A stretch of DNA of 64,000 nucleotides, from NCBI GenBank assembly GCA_037925075.1, contig JAXSNR010000001.1, positions 320,001 to 384,000 of the forward strand, in the 5' to 3' direction. Each line of letters starts with the position of its first letter. Position 1 is the stretch's first letter. The position numbers and the translations under genes were made by a program. Positions 18,081 through 26,564 of the stretch are shown here, piece by piece. The notes under the pieces are model-generated. The model ran no database searches, had not been told where the DNA came from, and saw only the letters and a program-made list of their open reading frames with translations. The stretch comes from Aquificaceae bacterium. GTDB taxonomy: Bacteria; Aquificota; Aquificia; Aquificales; Aquificaceae.

Positions 18081-18081
18081 A

Positions 18082-19248
18082 GTGTTAAAATTAAGAGGGC
18101 TTTATTATATAACACACATTGATAATATCCCTTCAATTTTAAAGAGGGGTATTTTATGCCATAAAAAAATAGAAGAAGAGGGAATAGAATTTACTCCCAT
18201 CTATGATGCTAATATAGTTTCAAATAGAAAAAATATCAAGTCGCCTGATGGCAAAAGTTTATGGGATTTTGCCAATCTATATTTTCAACCAAGAAATGCA
18301 ATGCTTTATAGTTTAGTTTTTTCCGGTAGGATAAAAATGGAAGATTTAGCAATTATCGGATTGAGTGCTAACATATTATATGAAAAAGATGTTCTAATTA
18401 CCGATGGCAATGCGGCCAGTTCAGATACCAAGATTTTCTCTAAGAAAGAAGCGCAAGAACGAATAAAAGCTATCAGAAAACAAGTTGACAAAGAATGGTG
18501 GACATCTGAAGATGGTTCTAAAAGGAAGTTAATGGCAGAATGTTTAGTACCAGATGAGGTTCCTCCAAAATATATCAGTGAAATATATGTTCCAAACCAT
18601 GAATCGCTGAAAAAATTGCAATCTAAAATAGCAGGCTCAAATATTTCGATTATTCCGGAACCAGAATTGTTCTTTCTTCCTTCTCGTAGTATTAAACTCA
18701 CAGAAAATCTTTCACTCGTTGAAGGAGATATGTTTTTTTCAAGAATGCAGACATTAACTATAAGTGTTAATACTATGGGGGTGATGGGCAAAGGCCTTGC
18801 CTCAAGGGCTAAATATCAATTTCCTGATGTATATGTTAAATATCAGGATTTATGTAAGAATAAAACTTTAAGAATGGGTAGACCTTATCTTTATAAACGC
18901 GAAACATCGTTAGATTATATATTAGCGGATGAGCCTGGAAACTTGACTAACATAAATTCACAGACTTGGTTTTTGCTTTTCCCCACGAAAACTGATTGGA
19001 GGAAAAAGGCCAATTTAAATGGAATAGAGGAAGGATTAAAATGGCTTGTTAATAACTATAAAAAAGAAGGTATAAAGTCTTTAGCGATTCCAGCATTAGG
19101 TTGTGGACTTGGATGGTTACCATGGGGAATTGTAGGTCCTATATTATGCCGTTATTTACAAAAATTGGACATTCCCATAAAATTATATTTGCCTGTTGAA
19201 AAAAAAATTCCTGATGAACAACTTTCAAAAGAATTTTTACTTGGGTGA
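18082..19248 (+). CDS. DarT (DUF4433) DNA ADP-ribosyltransferase fused to a DarG-type macrodomain
   Basis: DarT motifs YYITH, LYFQPRNAMLY, TDGNAA, MAECLV. Macro motifs GDMF, VNTMGVMGKGLA, FPTK.DWR, SLAIPALGCGLG. One uninterrupted ORF, GTG start with GGAGG SD at 18071-18075. Confidence 0.88.
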   Translation: MLKLRGLYYITHIDNIPSILKRGILCHKKIEEEGIEFTPIYDANIVSNRKNIKSPDGKSLWDFANLYFQPRNAMLYSLVFSGRIKMEDLAIIGLSANILYEKDVLITDGNAASSDTKIFSKKEAQERIKAIRKQVDKEWWTSEDGSKRKLMAECLVPDEVPPKYISEIYVPNHESLKKLQSKIAGSNISIIPEPELFFLPSRSIKLTENLSLVEGDMFFSRMQTLTISVNTMGVMGKGLASRAKYQFPDVYVKYQDLCKNKTLRMGRPYLYKRETSLDYILADEPGNLTNINSQTWFLLFPTKTDWRKKANLNGIEEGLKWLVNNYKKEGIKSLAIPALGCGLGWLPWGIVGPILCRYLQKLDIPIKLYLPVEKKIPDEQLSKEFLLG

Positions 19249-19254
19249 TACTAT

Positions 19255-19424
19255 ATGAGCATAGAAAAATACCTTTGGAAAGCTTTATCATCTCAATAAC
19301 GCCGAAACGGGAGGTAATGAAATCTACAAATTATAACGATAATATCCTATTCCTTGAAAACGAAAATTGGGTAGAAATGCTTTTTGAAAAAATTTTGCAA
19401 CAGGTTGAGGGTCAAAAATCGTAG
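19255..19424 (+). pseudogene. Internally deleted Type III R-M restriction subunit (res) remnant
   Basis: MSIEKYL start joined out of frame to LESFIISITPKREV...NILFLENENWVEMLFEKILQQVEGQKS*, which resembles the Res C-terminus. Confidence 0.55.
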
Positions 19425-19513
19425 GTAGCATAAATTCTTACTTTCTTGTACTTTGCCAAATCGGTATGAGCTTTGTTATAATTTTCTGTCCATAAACCTT
19501 TACGGAGGCAGGC

Positions 19514-20668
19514 ATGAAACTGCATGAGCATCAGGCAAAGGAGCTTCTTAAAAAGTATGGTCTTCCTGTGCCAGAGGGAAGGGTAGCCTTTTCCCTTCAA
19601 GAAGCCATAGGTTTTGCGGAGGAGCTTGGTGAGTTTCCCCTTGTGGTAAAGGCTCAGGTGCATTGCGGCGGGCGTGGAAAGGCTGGCGGTGTAAAGCTTG
19701 TAAGAAATATGGAGGAGCTAAAGCAGGCGGTGGAGGGAATGCTTGGAAAGGTCCTTAAAACCTTTCAGTGCCCCGATGGAAAGCCAGTAAGTAGAGTTTG
19801 GATAGAAAAGGCAACCAACATACAAAAGGAGTACTACCTTTCCATAACCCTTGACAGGGCTGTTTCAAAGCCCATTTTGATGGCTTCCGCGGAAGGTGGT
19901 ATGGAGATAGAAGAGGTAGCAAAGGAAAAGCCGGAAGCCATACACATGCTTCACATAGACCCAGCCTTGGGACTTATGCCATCACAGGCAAGAAGGATAG
20001 CCTTTAAACTTGGATTGCCTGTAAATGACTTTGTCAAGACTGCCCTTGCCTTGTACAGGGCATACATAGAATTGGACGCAAGCCTTGTGGAGATAAACCC
20101 CCTTGTGCTTACAAAGGAAGGGAATCTTGTGCTTTTGGATGCAAAGGTGGAGATTGATGACAACGCTCTGATAAGACACAAGGACCTTGAAGAGCTTGAG
20201 GACCTTACCCAGCTTGACCCCCTTGAGGTGGAAGCCAAAAGGTACAGCCTTAACTACATAAAGCTTGATGGAAACATAGGCTGTATGGTAAACGGTGCTG
20301 GGCTTGCCATGACCACCATGGACATTATCAAGCTCGCAGGTGGAGAGCCTGCCAACTTCCTTGATGTGGGCGGTGGTGCCAACGTGGAGCAGATAGCCAA
20401 CGCCTTTAGGATCCTTATGGCGGACCCTAACGTAAAGGCTGTCTTTATAAACATCTTCGGCGGTATTCTCAGATGCGATAGGCTTGCTCAGGGGCTTATA
20501 GAAGCGGCAAAGATGGTAGATATTAAGGTCCCTGTGGTGGTGCGTATGGAAGGGACAAACGTGGAAGAAGGAAGAAGGCTACTGGCGGAGTCTGGGCTAA
20601 ACTTTATAAACGCAGTAGATATGTGGGATGGAGCAAAGAAGGCTGTGGAGTTGGCAAACAAAAGCTAA
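19514..20668 (+). CDS. sucC: Succinyl-CoA synthetase beta subunit
   Basis: [24 protein letters not shown] and NGAGLAM motifs. Confidence 0.95.
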   Translation: MKLHEHQAKELLKKYGLPVPEGRVAFSLQEAIGFAEELGEFPLVVKAQVHCGGRGKAGGVKLVRNMEELKQAVEGMLGKVLKTFQCPDGKPVSRVWIEKATNIQKEYYLSITLDRAVSKPILMASAEGGMEIEEVAKEKPEAIHMLHIDPALGLMPSQARRIAFKLGLPVNDFVKTALALYRAYIELDASLVEINPLVLTKEGNLVLLDAKVEIDDNALIRHKDLEELEDLTQLDPLEVEAKRYSLNYIKLDGNIGCMVNGAGLAMTTMDIIKLAGGEPANFLDVGGGANVEQIANAFRILMADPNVKAVFINIFGGILRCDRLAQGLIEAAKMVDIKVPVVVRMEGTNVEEGRRLLAESGLNFINAVDMWDGAKKAVELANKS

Positions 20669-20680
20669 GGAGGTCTGAAG

Positions 20681-21562
20681 ATGGCAATCCTTGTGGACAA
20701 GAACACTAAGGTGGTGGTTCAAGGTATAACGGGCAAAGAAGGTTCCTTTCATGCGGTTCAGTGCAAAGCCTATGGCACACGCGTGGTTGCCGGCGTAACA
20801 CCGGGAAAGGCTGGGCAGTCGGTAGAAGGCATACCTGTTTTTAACACGGTGGAAGATGCGGTTAGAGAAACTGGAGCCAACTGTTCCCTTATCTTTGTCC
20901 CACCTGCCTTTGCAGGAGATGCCATAGTAGAAGCCCTTGATGCAGGTATAAAACTGGTGGTGTGCATCACAGAAGGCATACCGGTCAGAGACATGATGAT
21001 GGTAAAGGACTACATGAAGAAAAACTATCCCGATGCCAAGCTCATAGGTCCCAACTGTCCGGGAGTTATAACTCCGGGAGAGGCAAAGGTGGGCATAATG
21101 CCGGGGCACATATTTAAAAGGGGAACGGTGGGCATAGTTTCAAGAAGTGGAACGCTTACATACGAAGCTTCCTATCAGCTAACCCAGTATGGTCTTGGGC
21201 AGTCTACAGCGGTGGGCATAGGTGGAGACCCAGTTCATGGTCTTTCCCACAAGGATGTAATTGCCATGTTTAATGAAGACCCAGAGACAGAAGCCATACT
21301 GATGATAGGTGAAATAGGTGGTACCGCGGAAGAGGAAGCGGCAGAGTACATAAAGGAGCATGTGAAAAAGCCAGTCTTTGCCTACATTGCAGGCATAACC
21401 GCACCACCGGGAAGACGTATGGGACACGCAGGAGCCATAATAAGCGGAGGAAAAGGTACAGCCCAAGCAAAGATGCAGGCTTTGAGAGAAGCGGGAGTAA
21501 AAGTTATAGAAAACCCAGCCTTTATAGGCAGGACAGTGGCGGAATCTCTTGGCAAAGCATGA
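20681..21562 (+). CDS. sucD: Succinyl-CoA synthetase alpha subunit
   Basis: VQGITG, GPNCPG and MGHAGA (phospho-His) motifs. Confidence 0.96.
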   Translation: MAILVDKNTKVVVQGITGKEGSFHAVQCKAYGTRVVAGVTPGKAGQSVEGIPVFNTVEDAVRETGANCSLIFVPPAFAGDAIVEALDAGIKLVVCITEGIPVRDMMMVKDYMKKNYPDAKLIGPNCPGVITPGEAKVGIMPGHIFKRGTVGIVSRSGTLTYEASYQLTQYGLGQSTAVGIGGDPVHGLSHKDVIAMFNEDPETEAILMIGEIGGTAEEEAAEYIKEHVKKPVFAYIAGITAPPGRRMGHAGAIISGGKGTAQAKMQALREAGVKVIENPAFIGRTVAESLGKA

Positions 21563-21631
21563 TTAAGTTTATATTGATAAAATAAACCTGTGATATATTT
21601 TATAAGCCTAATCTTTTAAGGAGGTGTTAAT

Positions 21632-21850
21632 ATGGCTCTAAGGACCAAGGTTGATCCAGACACCTGCACTTCATGCGAGCTTTGTTATGACAGAGTGCCA
21701 GAGGTATACAAAAACAGGGGCGACGGTATAGCAGAAGTAGTCAGCCCTGGACCCGACGGATGGATGGCAGTACCAGCAGAACTTGAAGGCGAAGTCAAAG
21801 AGGTTACCGACGAATGTCCCAGTGGGTCCATCATAACAGAGGAAGTGTAA
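21632..21850 (+). CDS. Single-cluster [4Fe-4S] ferredoxin
   Basis: CTSCELC...CPSG motif; AAGGAGGTG SD. Confidence 0.92.
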   Translation: MALRTKVDPDTCTSCELCYDRVPEVYKNRGDGIAEVVSPGPDGWMAVPAELEGEVKEVTDECPSGSIITEEV

Positions 21851-22035
21851 GCGTAAAAGTTGACATAGATACATGCACCGCCTGTGAGCTGTGTTATGAA
21901 AGGCTCCCTGAGGTTTTCGTAGATAGGGGGGATGGTATCCCCCTCGTTTTCATAAAGGTACCCATACAAAAGGTCTACGAAAAGCTACTTAAGGTGGCAG
22001 AGGATTGCCCGAGCGGTTCTATAATTCTTTACTAA
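21814..22035 (+). CDS. Second tandem ferredoxin (start uncertain)
   Basis: VKVDIDTCTACELC...CPSG, a paralog of the upstream ferredoxin. Confidence 0.7.
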   Translation: MSQWVHHNRGSVSVKVDIDTCTACELCYERLPEVFVDRGDGIPLVFIKVPIQKVYEKLLKVAEDCPSGSIILY

Positions 22036-22036
22036 G

Positions 22037-22792
22037 TTGGACAGGATAGTTTTTCTTGGTACTGCGGGCGGTAGGGCAAGCGTTTTTAGGTTTTTAAGAA
22101 GATCTGGAGGTTTTCTTCTTTTTCTTTCGGGAGGGCTTGTACATGTGGACCCAGGTCCGGGTGCCTTTGTATACTTGCATCAGATGGGAATAGACCCAAG
22201 AAGTATTGACCTTGTGGTTCTCTCTCATATACACCTTGACCATTCGTCGGACATAAACGCGGTTGTAGAGTCTGCTACCGACGGAGGAAAGACAAAAAAC
22301 GTGGCAGTCTTTGCTCCAGAGTCTGCCTTTGAAGGGCACGAAAGGGTGATTCTACCCTTTATAAGGCAAAGGCTTGCCATGGAAGGATTCCTGAAAGAAG
22401 GAAAGGAGCTTTCCTACAAGGGTGTAAGTGTAAAGGCGGTAATGAAACACACCCACCACGGGGCGGAAACCTATGCCCTTCTTTTTAACAACAGAGTCCT
22501 TTACGTATCCTGTGCTCTTTACGAGGAAAGGATGCTACAGGTATACCCTTACGGTGTGGATGTGATGATAATAAACACTACCCTTTACAGGAAAACAAAG
22601 CAGATAGACCATCTAACCGTTGAGGATGCGGAAAGGCTTATAGCCAACCTAAAACCCAAAAAAGCCATACTTACCCATTTTGGTTACGAGCTTTTAATAG
22701 ATCATGACCCAGAAGCGGTGGCAAGGGAGCTTTCCCAAAAGTATGGAATTCCAGTACTTTCCGCAAAGGACTTTATGGAGGTAATCCTGTAG
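22037..22792 (+). CDS. Metallo-beta-lactamase fold hydrolase (RNase Z/PhnP-like)
   Basis: FLGTAGG, DPGPG, SHIHLDH and THF motifs. Confidence 0.85.
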   Translation: MDRIVFLGTAGGRASVFRFLRRSGGFLLFLSGGLVHVDPGPGAFVYLHQMGIDPRSIDLVVLSHIHLDHSSDINAVVESATDGGKTKNVAVFAPESAFEGHERVILPFIRQRLAMEGFLKEGKELSYKGVSVKAVMKHTHHGAETYALLFNNRVLYVSCALYEERMLQVYPYGVDVMIINTTLYRKTKQIDHLTVEDAERLIANLKPKKAILTHFGYELLIDHDPEAVARELSQKYGIPVLSAKDFMEVIL

Positions 22793-23268
22793 TGCTTGAA
22801 GGCTTTTTCCCAGAACTTAAAAGATGGGCAGAGGGCTTTGTCTATGAACATGGCTACACAGCTCTTTTTATACTCTCTTTTTCCGAATCTATAATACAGC
22901 CTATTCCTCCCTACCCCTTTATAGTAAGTGCTCCCGTGTTTAAGCTTAGTCCCTACATGGCAGGGCTTGTTGCCTTTGTGGGAAACATACTTGGTGCCCT
23001 TTTTGCCTACTATCTTGCAAAGCTTCTTGGAGAAGCCTTTGTGAGGAAAATCTTGAGCCAGAAGATGTACCTAAAAGGCGAAGCCCTTTTTAACAGGTAC
23101 GGCTTTTGGGCAGTGCTTATAGGAGAGCCCTACAAATTGGTCTGTTGGCTTGCGGGTCTTTTTCACATGCCTCTGTGGGTCTTTTTGCTGGCAAGCCTTA
23201 TAGCGAGAGCCATAAGAATTGGGCTTTTTGTTTTCTTTGGTGATCTTTTGGGTAAGCTTCTAAGTTAG
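22792..23268 (+). CDS. DedA/YqaA (VTT domain) membrane protein
   Basis: SFSESIIQPIPP and PYK...AG...SLIARAIR motifs. Confidence 0.85.
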   Translation: MLEGFFPELKRWAEGFVYEHGYTALFILSFSESIIQPIPPYPFIVSAPVFKLSPYMAGLVAFVGNILGALFAYYLAKLLGEAFVRKILSQKMYLKGEALFNRYGFWAVLIGEPYKLVCWLAGLFHMPLWVFLLASLIARAIRIGLFVFFGDLLGKLLS

Positions 23269-23340
23269 TGGGTGCGGGAGGACTCGAACCCCCAACCGGG
23301 CGGTTATGAGCCGCCCGCTCTGCCATTGAGCTACGCACCC
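23269..23340 (-). tRNA. tRNA with CAT anticodon (probably tRNA-Ile2; elongator Met not excluded)
   Basis: GGGTGCG/CGCACCC acceptor stem, GGCGG-CTCATAA-CCGCC anticodon arm, GTTCGAGTCC T-arm; CCA not encoded. Confidence 0.9.
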
Positions 23341-23422
23341 TCAAAAAAATATTATAAAACCTCTTGACAAGCTTTGCAACTCTATGGTAGAGTTTTGGAA
23401 ATCTAGCCAGGGAGGTATTGCC

Positions 23423-24025
23423 ATGAAAAAGTTCATTTTTACCTTCGCCCTGGTGGGAGTCCTTTGCAGGCCCATAATGTATGTGTCCCCCTTAGGCATA
23501 GGTGGGCCTTCAGAGGTTTCCCACCAAAGTATTGAGTCCAACGAGGAACTTTTTGATGTGGACACAGTCAGCAAGATTGTGGCTACAGAGTTGTCTATAG
23601 AAGAAGCCATGAAGGAGCTTCTTAATGTTAAAACTGTGGAAACCGTCAAACCAGACCTATGGCCTGTGGTGGGTGTTATAACCTCTGATTACGGATGGAG
23701 AACTATGGGAAGGAGAAGGGAATTCCATACCGGTATAGACATATCCGCACCTTATGGAACGCCTGTGGTTGCCTCCTCCGATGGTAGGGTCATATACGCA
23801 GGATGGATAAGGGGTTATGGAAAGACGGTTATCATCTATCACGGTTATGGTTTTGCAACTCTATACTCACACCTATCGGACATAAAGGTCTTCTATTCAG
23901 ACAGGGTTGTAAAGGGACAAATAATAGGAAACATAGGGACTACTGGCAGGGCTTTTGGACCGCACTTGCATTACGAGGTCCTAAAATACGGTGTGAGACA
24001 AAACCCCATAGCATACCTGCCTTAG
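23423..24025 (+). CDS. M23 family peptidoglycan endopeptidase
   Basis: HTGID and HLH zinc motifs; start moved to 23423 based on a GGAGGT SD. Confidence 0.9.
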   Translation: MKKFIFTFALVGVLCRPIMYVSPLGIGGPSEVSHQSIESNEELFDVDTVSKIVATELSIEEAMKELLNVKTVETVKPDLWPVVGVITSDYGWRTMGRRREFHTGIDISAPYGTPVVASSDGRVIYAGWIRGYGKTVIIYHGYGFATLYSHLSDIKVFYSDRVVKGQIIGNIGTTGRAFGPHLHYEVLKYGVRQNPIAYLP

Positions 24026-24573
24026 AGCAAACCCCTCCTTTTTAGGGCGTCTTCGTATATTCTTTTGTAGAGATGGTTCCACTCGGGAGTGCCCTCCACT
24101 ATCCTCTTTGAATAGGACCTTATCCTCTCTCTTACTTCCTTGTCTATCTCCTCTTCTTCTCTAAGTGCTTCCATAAGGATTTCCCTTATCCTGTTTCTTA
24201 TTACGCTTGGCTCCTCGTATATTTCCACGTTGGGGTCTTCCATTATCATGTCCCTTATTCTGTGGGCTATCTGGTTCATCCTTTCCCTTCTTGAGGTGTG
24301 TATGTTCATCTCCTCTGCAAGCTTGCTTCTGACCGTTTTGTAGGCAGTTCTATAATCAAGGCTGGTTTCTTCAAGAAGCTCTAACTTTTCTTTGAGTATT
24401 TCCTTGGTTTTTTCATCAAGCATTCTCTCTTGCTCCTCCGCCTCCTTGAATATGGCTATTATCTTTTTCTTAAAGGTGTATGGGTCTTCTGGCTCTATTA
24501 TTTTCTCGTTCTCGTATAGCTCCTTTATTATCCTGTCTGCTATCCTATCCACAAGCTTCTCAGGTAGCCTCAT
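24022..24573 (-). CDS. DUF507 family protein
   Basis: MRLPEKL...; two internally repeated halves ending in IDKEVRERIRSYSKRIVEGTPEW; AGGAGG SD before 24573. Confidence 0.8.
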   Translation of the reverse strand: MRLPEKLVDRIADRIIKELYENEKIIEPEDPYTFKKKIIAIFKEAEEQERMLDEKTKEILKEKLELLEETSLDYRTAYKTVRSKLAEEMNIHTSRRERMNQIAHRIRDMIMEDPNVEIYEEPSVIRNRIREILMEALREEEEIDKEVRERIRSYSKRIVEGTPEWNHLYKRIYEDALKRRGLL

Positions 24574-24602
24574 ACACAGCCTCCTAAATCCTATCAATTA
24601 TA

Positions 24603-25307
24603 TCATAGAAAACTCTCAAGAAGACCTTTGACTTCTTGTGTGTATTCACCGCTGTCTTCGTTGATTATCAGAGGTTTTTCAACAACTGGCAAGGGTTTTA
24701 AATTTTTAAGACCATGTATGCATACAACTTTTGAGTTTTTATTTAGCTTTGGATGAAAAAATCTTAGTGATTCTACTTCCATTCTATGTTTTTTCATATG
24801 CACTATAGCTTCTACAAGGCGATTTGAAGCTATCAAAAGGTTAAAATGTCCACCATCTCTAAGCAAAAAGCTCGTTGTTTTTATAAAATCTTCAAGACTT
24901 GTATCCGTTTCATGATGGTAGGTGTTGCCCGATTTCTGCCCTCTATAAAAGGGTGGATTGGCAACCACCACATCAAAACTTTGAGCCTTTAGAAAATTTT
25001 CTATAGTTCGGAGGTCAAGGTCAAGAACATGGATTTTATCTTCAAGTTTGTTAAGCCTTATATTCTCTCTGAGAAGCTCAAGCATGAGGGGATCTCTTTC
25101 CAAAGCCCAGACTTGGCATCCATGTCTAAGAGATAGGAGTATGGAAAGAGCACCAAAGCCCGCGCCAAGGTCAAGGACTTTAGAACGCTTTTTTATACCT
25201 TTTAGATTTGCGACAAAGAGAATTTCCACTATGGATAGTCTGTGTGCCTTTGGCTGCCTAAACCTTACCTTTCCCCTGAAGAACTCAAACTCCTTAGACC
25301 CTTCCAA
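24603..25307 (-). CDS. tRNA1(Val) A37 N6-methyltransferase-like protein (TrmN6/YfiC family)
   Basis: LDLGAGFG and ANPPFY motifs. Confidence 0.8.
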   Translation of the reverse strand: MEGSKEFEFFRGKVRFRQPKAHRLSIVEILFVANLKGIKKRSKVLDLGAGFGALSILLSLRHGCQVWALERDPLMLELLRENIRLNKLEDKIHVLDLDLRTIENFLKAQSFDVVVANPPFYRGQKSGNTYHHETDTSLEDFIKTTSFLLRDGGHFNLLIASNRLVEAIVHMKKHRMEVESLRFFHPKLNKNSKVVCIHGLKNLKPLPVVEKPLIINEDSGEYTQEVKGLLESFL

Positions 25308-25695
25308 ACCTTTCTACAAGCTCAAGTAGTGTCCTTGCCCTCTCCTTAAGTCTTTCTAACTCTCCTATCTCTTCCATAGTCTGGGCGGTTGCCAACTTTC
25401 TCATGGCTTGGTCAAAGAGCTCCTTCTCCTTGCCGGGGTCAATATCTCCTATGTTGTAGGCTTCTTCCGCAAGGATTATGACCTTTTCGGGTGTCACATC
25501 CACAAAGCCATAGGTTACCGCAACGCCGTTTTCTTGCTTTCCATCAAAATAGACAAGTCCAGGCTTTAACATGGTCATAAGATACATATGCTTTTCAAGA
25601 ACTCCTATCTCACCTTCTGCGGTGGGTATGTTTACAGAGTTTACCTCCCTTGAAAAATGAAGCCCTTGAGGTGTGACGATTTCTACCTTTATCAT
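25294..25695 (-). CDS. atpC: F1F0 ATP synthase epsilon subunit
   Basis: VEIVTP, EGEIGVLEKH and GFVDV motifs. Confidence 0.93.
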   Translation of the reverse strand: MIKVEIVTPQGLHFSREVNSVNIPTAEGEIGVLEKHMYLMTMLKPGLVYFDGKQENGVAVTYGFVDVTPEKVIILAEEAYNIGDIDPGKEKELFDQAMRKLATAQTMEEIGELERLKERARTLLELVERFGRV

Positions 25696-25712
25696 GGCGT
25701 TAAAATTATAGC

Positions 25713-26528
25713 ATGAAGGCTTATCTTCTTGGCAAACTTCCGCGGATGCTTTCCACTACATTTTTTCATGCCATGGCTGAGCTGGGGTACGAGGGCCTTA
25801 TAATCTGTGAGCCAGAAGATACATACATAAGCCTTGGATACTTTGACAGGGCACAGGACCTTATAGACTTAGAAAGGTGTAAGGAGCTTGGAATAGGGGT
25901 TATAAGGAGGCAGATTGGGGGTGGAGCGGTGCTTTTGGCACCGGGTCAGGCCTTTTACCAGCTAATACTTCCCAAAAACCTGGTTCCCTTTAAGGTAGAA
26001 GACGCCTACAAAAAGCTATCTCAACCGGTTATAAGGGCTTACAAAAGGCTTGGGCTTGAGGTGGAATACAAGCCTATAAACGACCTTGTGGTTAAGAAAA
26101 CCCAAAGGAAGATAAGCGGGCAGGGTGCGGGAGACATAGGGAAGTTCTTTGTGTTCGTAGGAAATATACTTTTGAGGTTTGACCCAGACCTTATGGCGGA
26201 GCTCTTTAACCTTCCGAACCAAAAGGTAAGAAACATGGTAAGGCAAAGCCTTTGGGAAAACATAGGATGGTTGGAAAGAGAGCTGAAAAGACGCTTTGAC
26301 TTTCAGGAAGTGGCCGGGGTTCTTCTTGAGGAGTTTTCTAAAGAGATTGACCTTGAAATCAAGCAAAAAGTTCCAGAAGATGCCCTTGAGCTTGCGGAAG
26401 GGTTAAGAAAAGAAATGACTTCAGAGGAAACCATCCTTGAAGACACGGGAAGAAGGCACGAAGCTATAAAGATAAGGGAAGGGGTATATGTGCCAAGGCA
26501 CGAAAAACAAGAAGTTGCTAAACTTTAA
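25713..26528 (+). CDS. Lipoate-protein ligase A family catalytic domain
   Basis: RRQIGGGAV and NDL...KISG motifs. Confidence 0.85.
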   Translation: MKAYLLGKLPRMLSTTFFHAMAELGYEGLIICEPEDTYISLGYFDRAQDLIDLERCKELGIGVIRRQIGGGAVLLAPGQAFYQLILPKNLVPFKVEDAYKKLSQPVIRAYKRLGLEVEYKPINDLVVKKTQRKISGQGAGDIGKFFVFVGNILLRFDPDLMAELFNLPNQKVRNMVRQSLWENIGWLERELKRRFDFQEVAGVLLEEFSKEIDLEIKQKVPEDALELAEGLRKEMTSEETILEDTGRRHEAIKIREGVYVPRHEKQEVAKL

Positions 26529-26545
26529 CTATTGGTTTACGATAC
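26519..26545 (+). promoter_or_regulatory. Possible sigma28 (FliA) promoter for flgK-flgL
   Basis: TAAA-N15-TACGATAC versus consensus TAAA-N15-GCCGATAA, upstream of the flgK SD. Confidence 0.45.
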
Positions 26546-26564
26546 TATTAAGAGGGAGGATTGA

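Noticed and set aside
17989..18081. TTG-started extension of the DarTG ORF
   Set aside because: It overlaps the mod remnant in another frame; the GTG at 18082 has a good SD and coincides with the start of DarT homology.
19514..21562. Citryl-CoA synthetase instead of succinyl-CoA synthetase
   Set aside because: Sizes and motifs match canonical SucC/SucD; a phylogeny would confirm.
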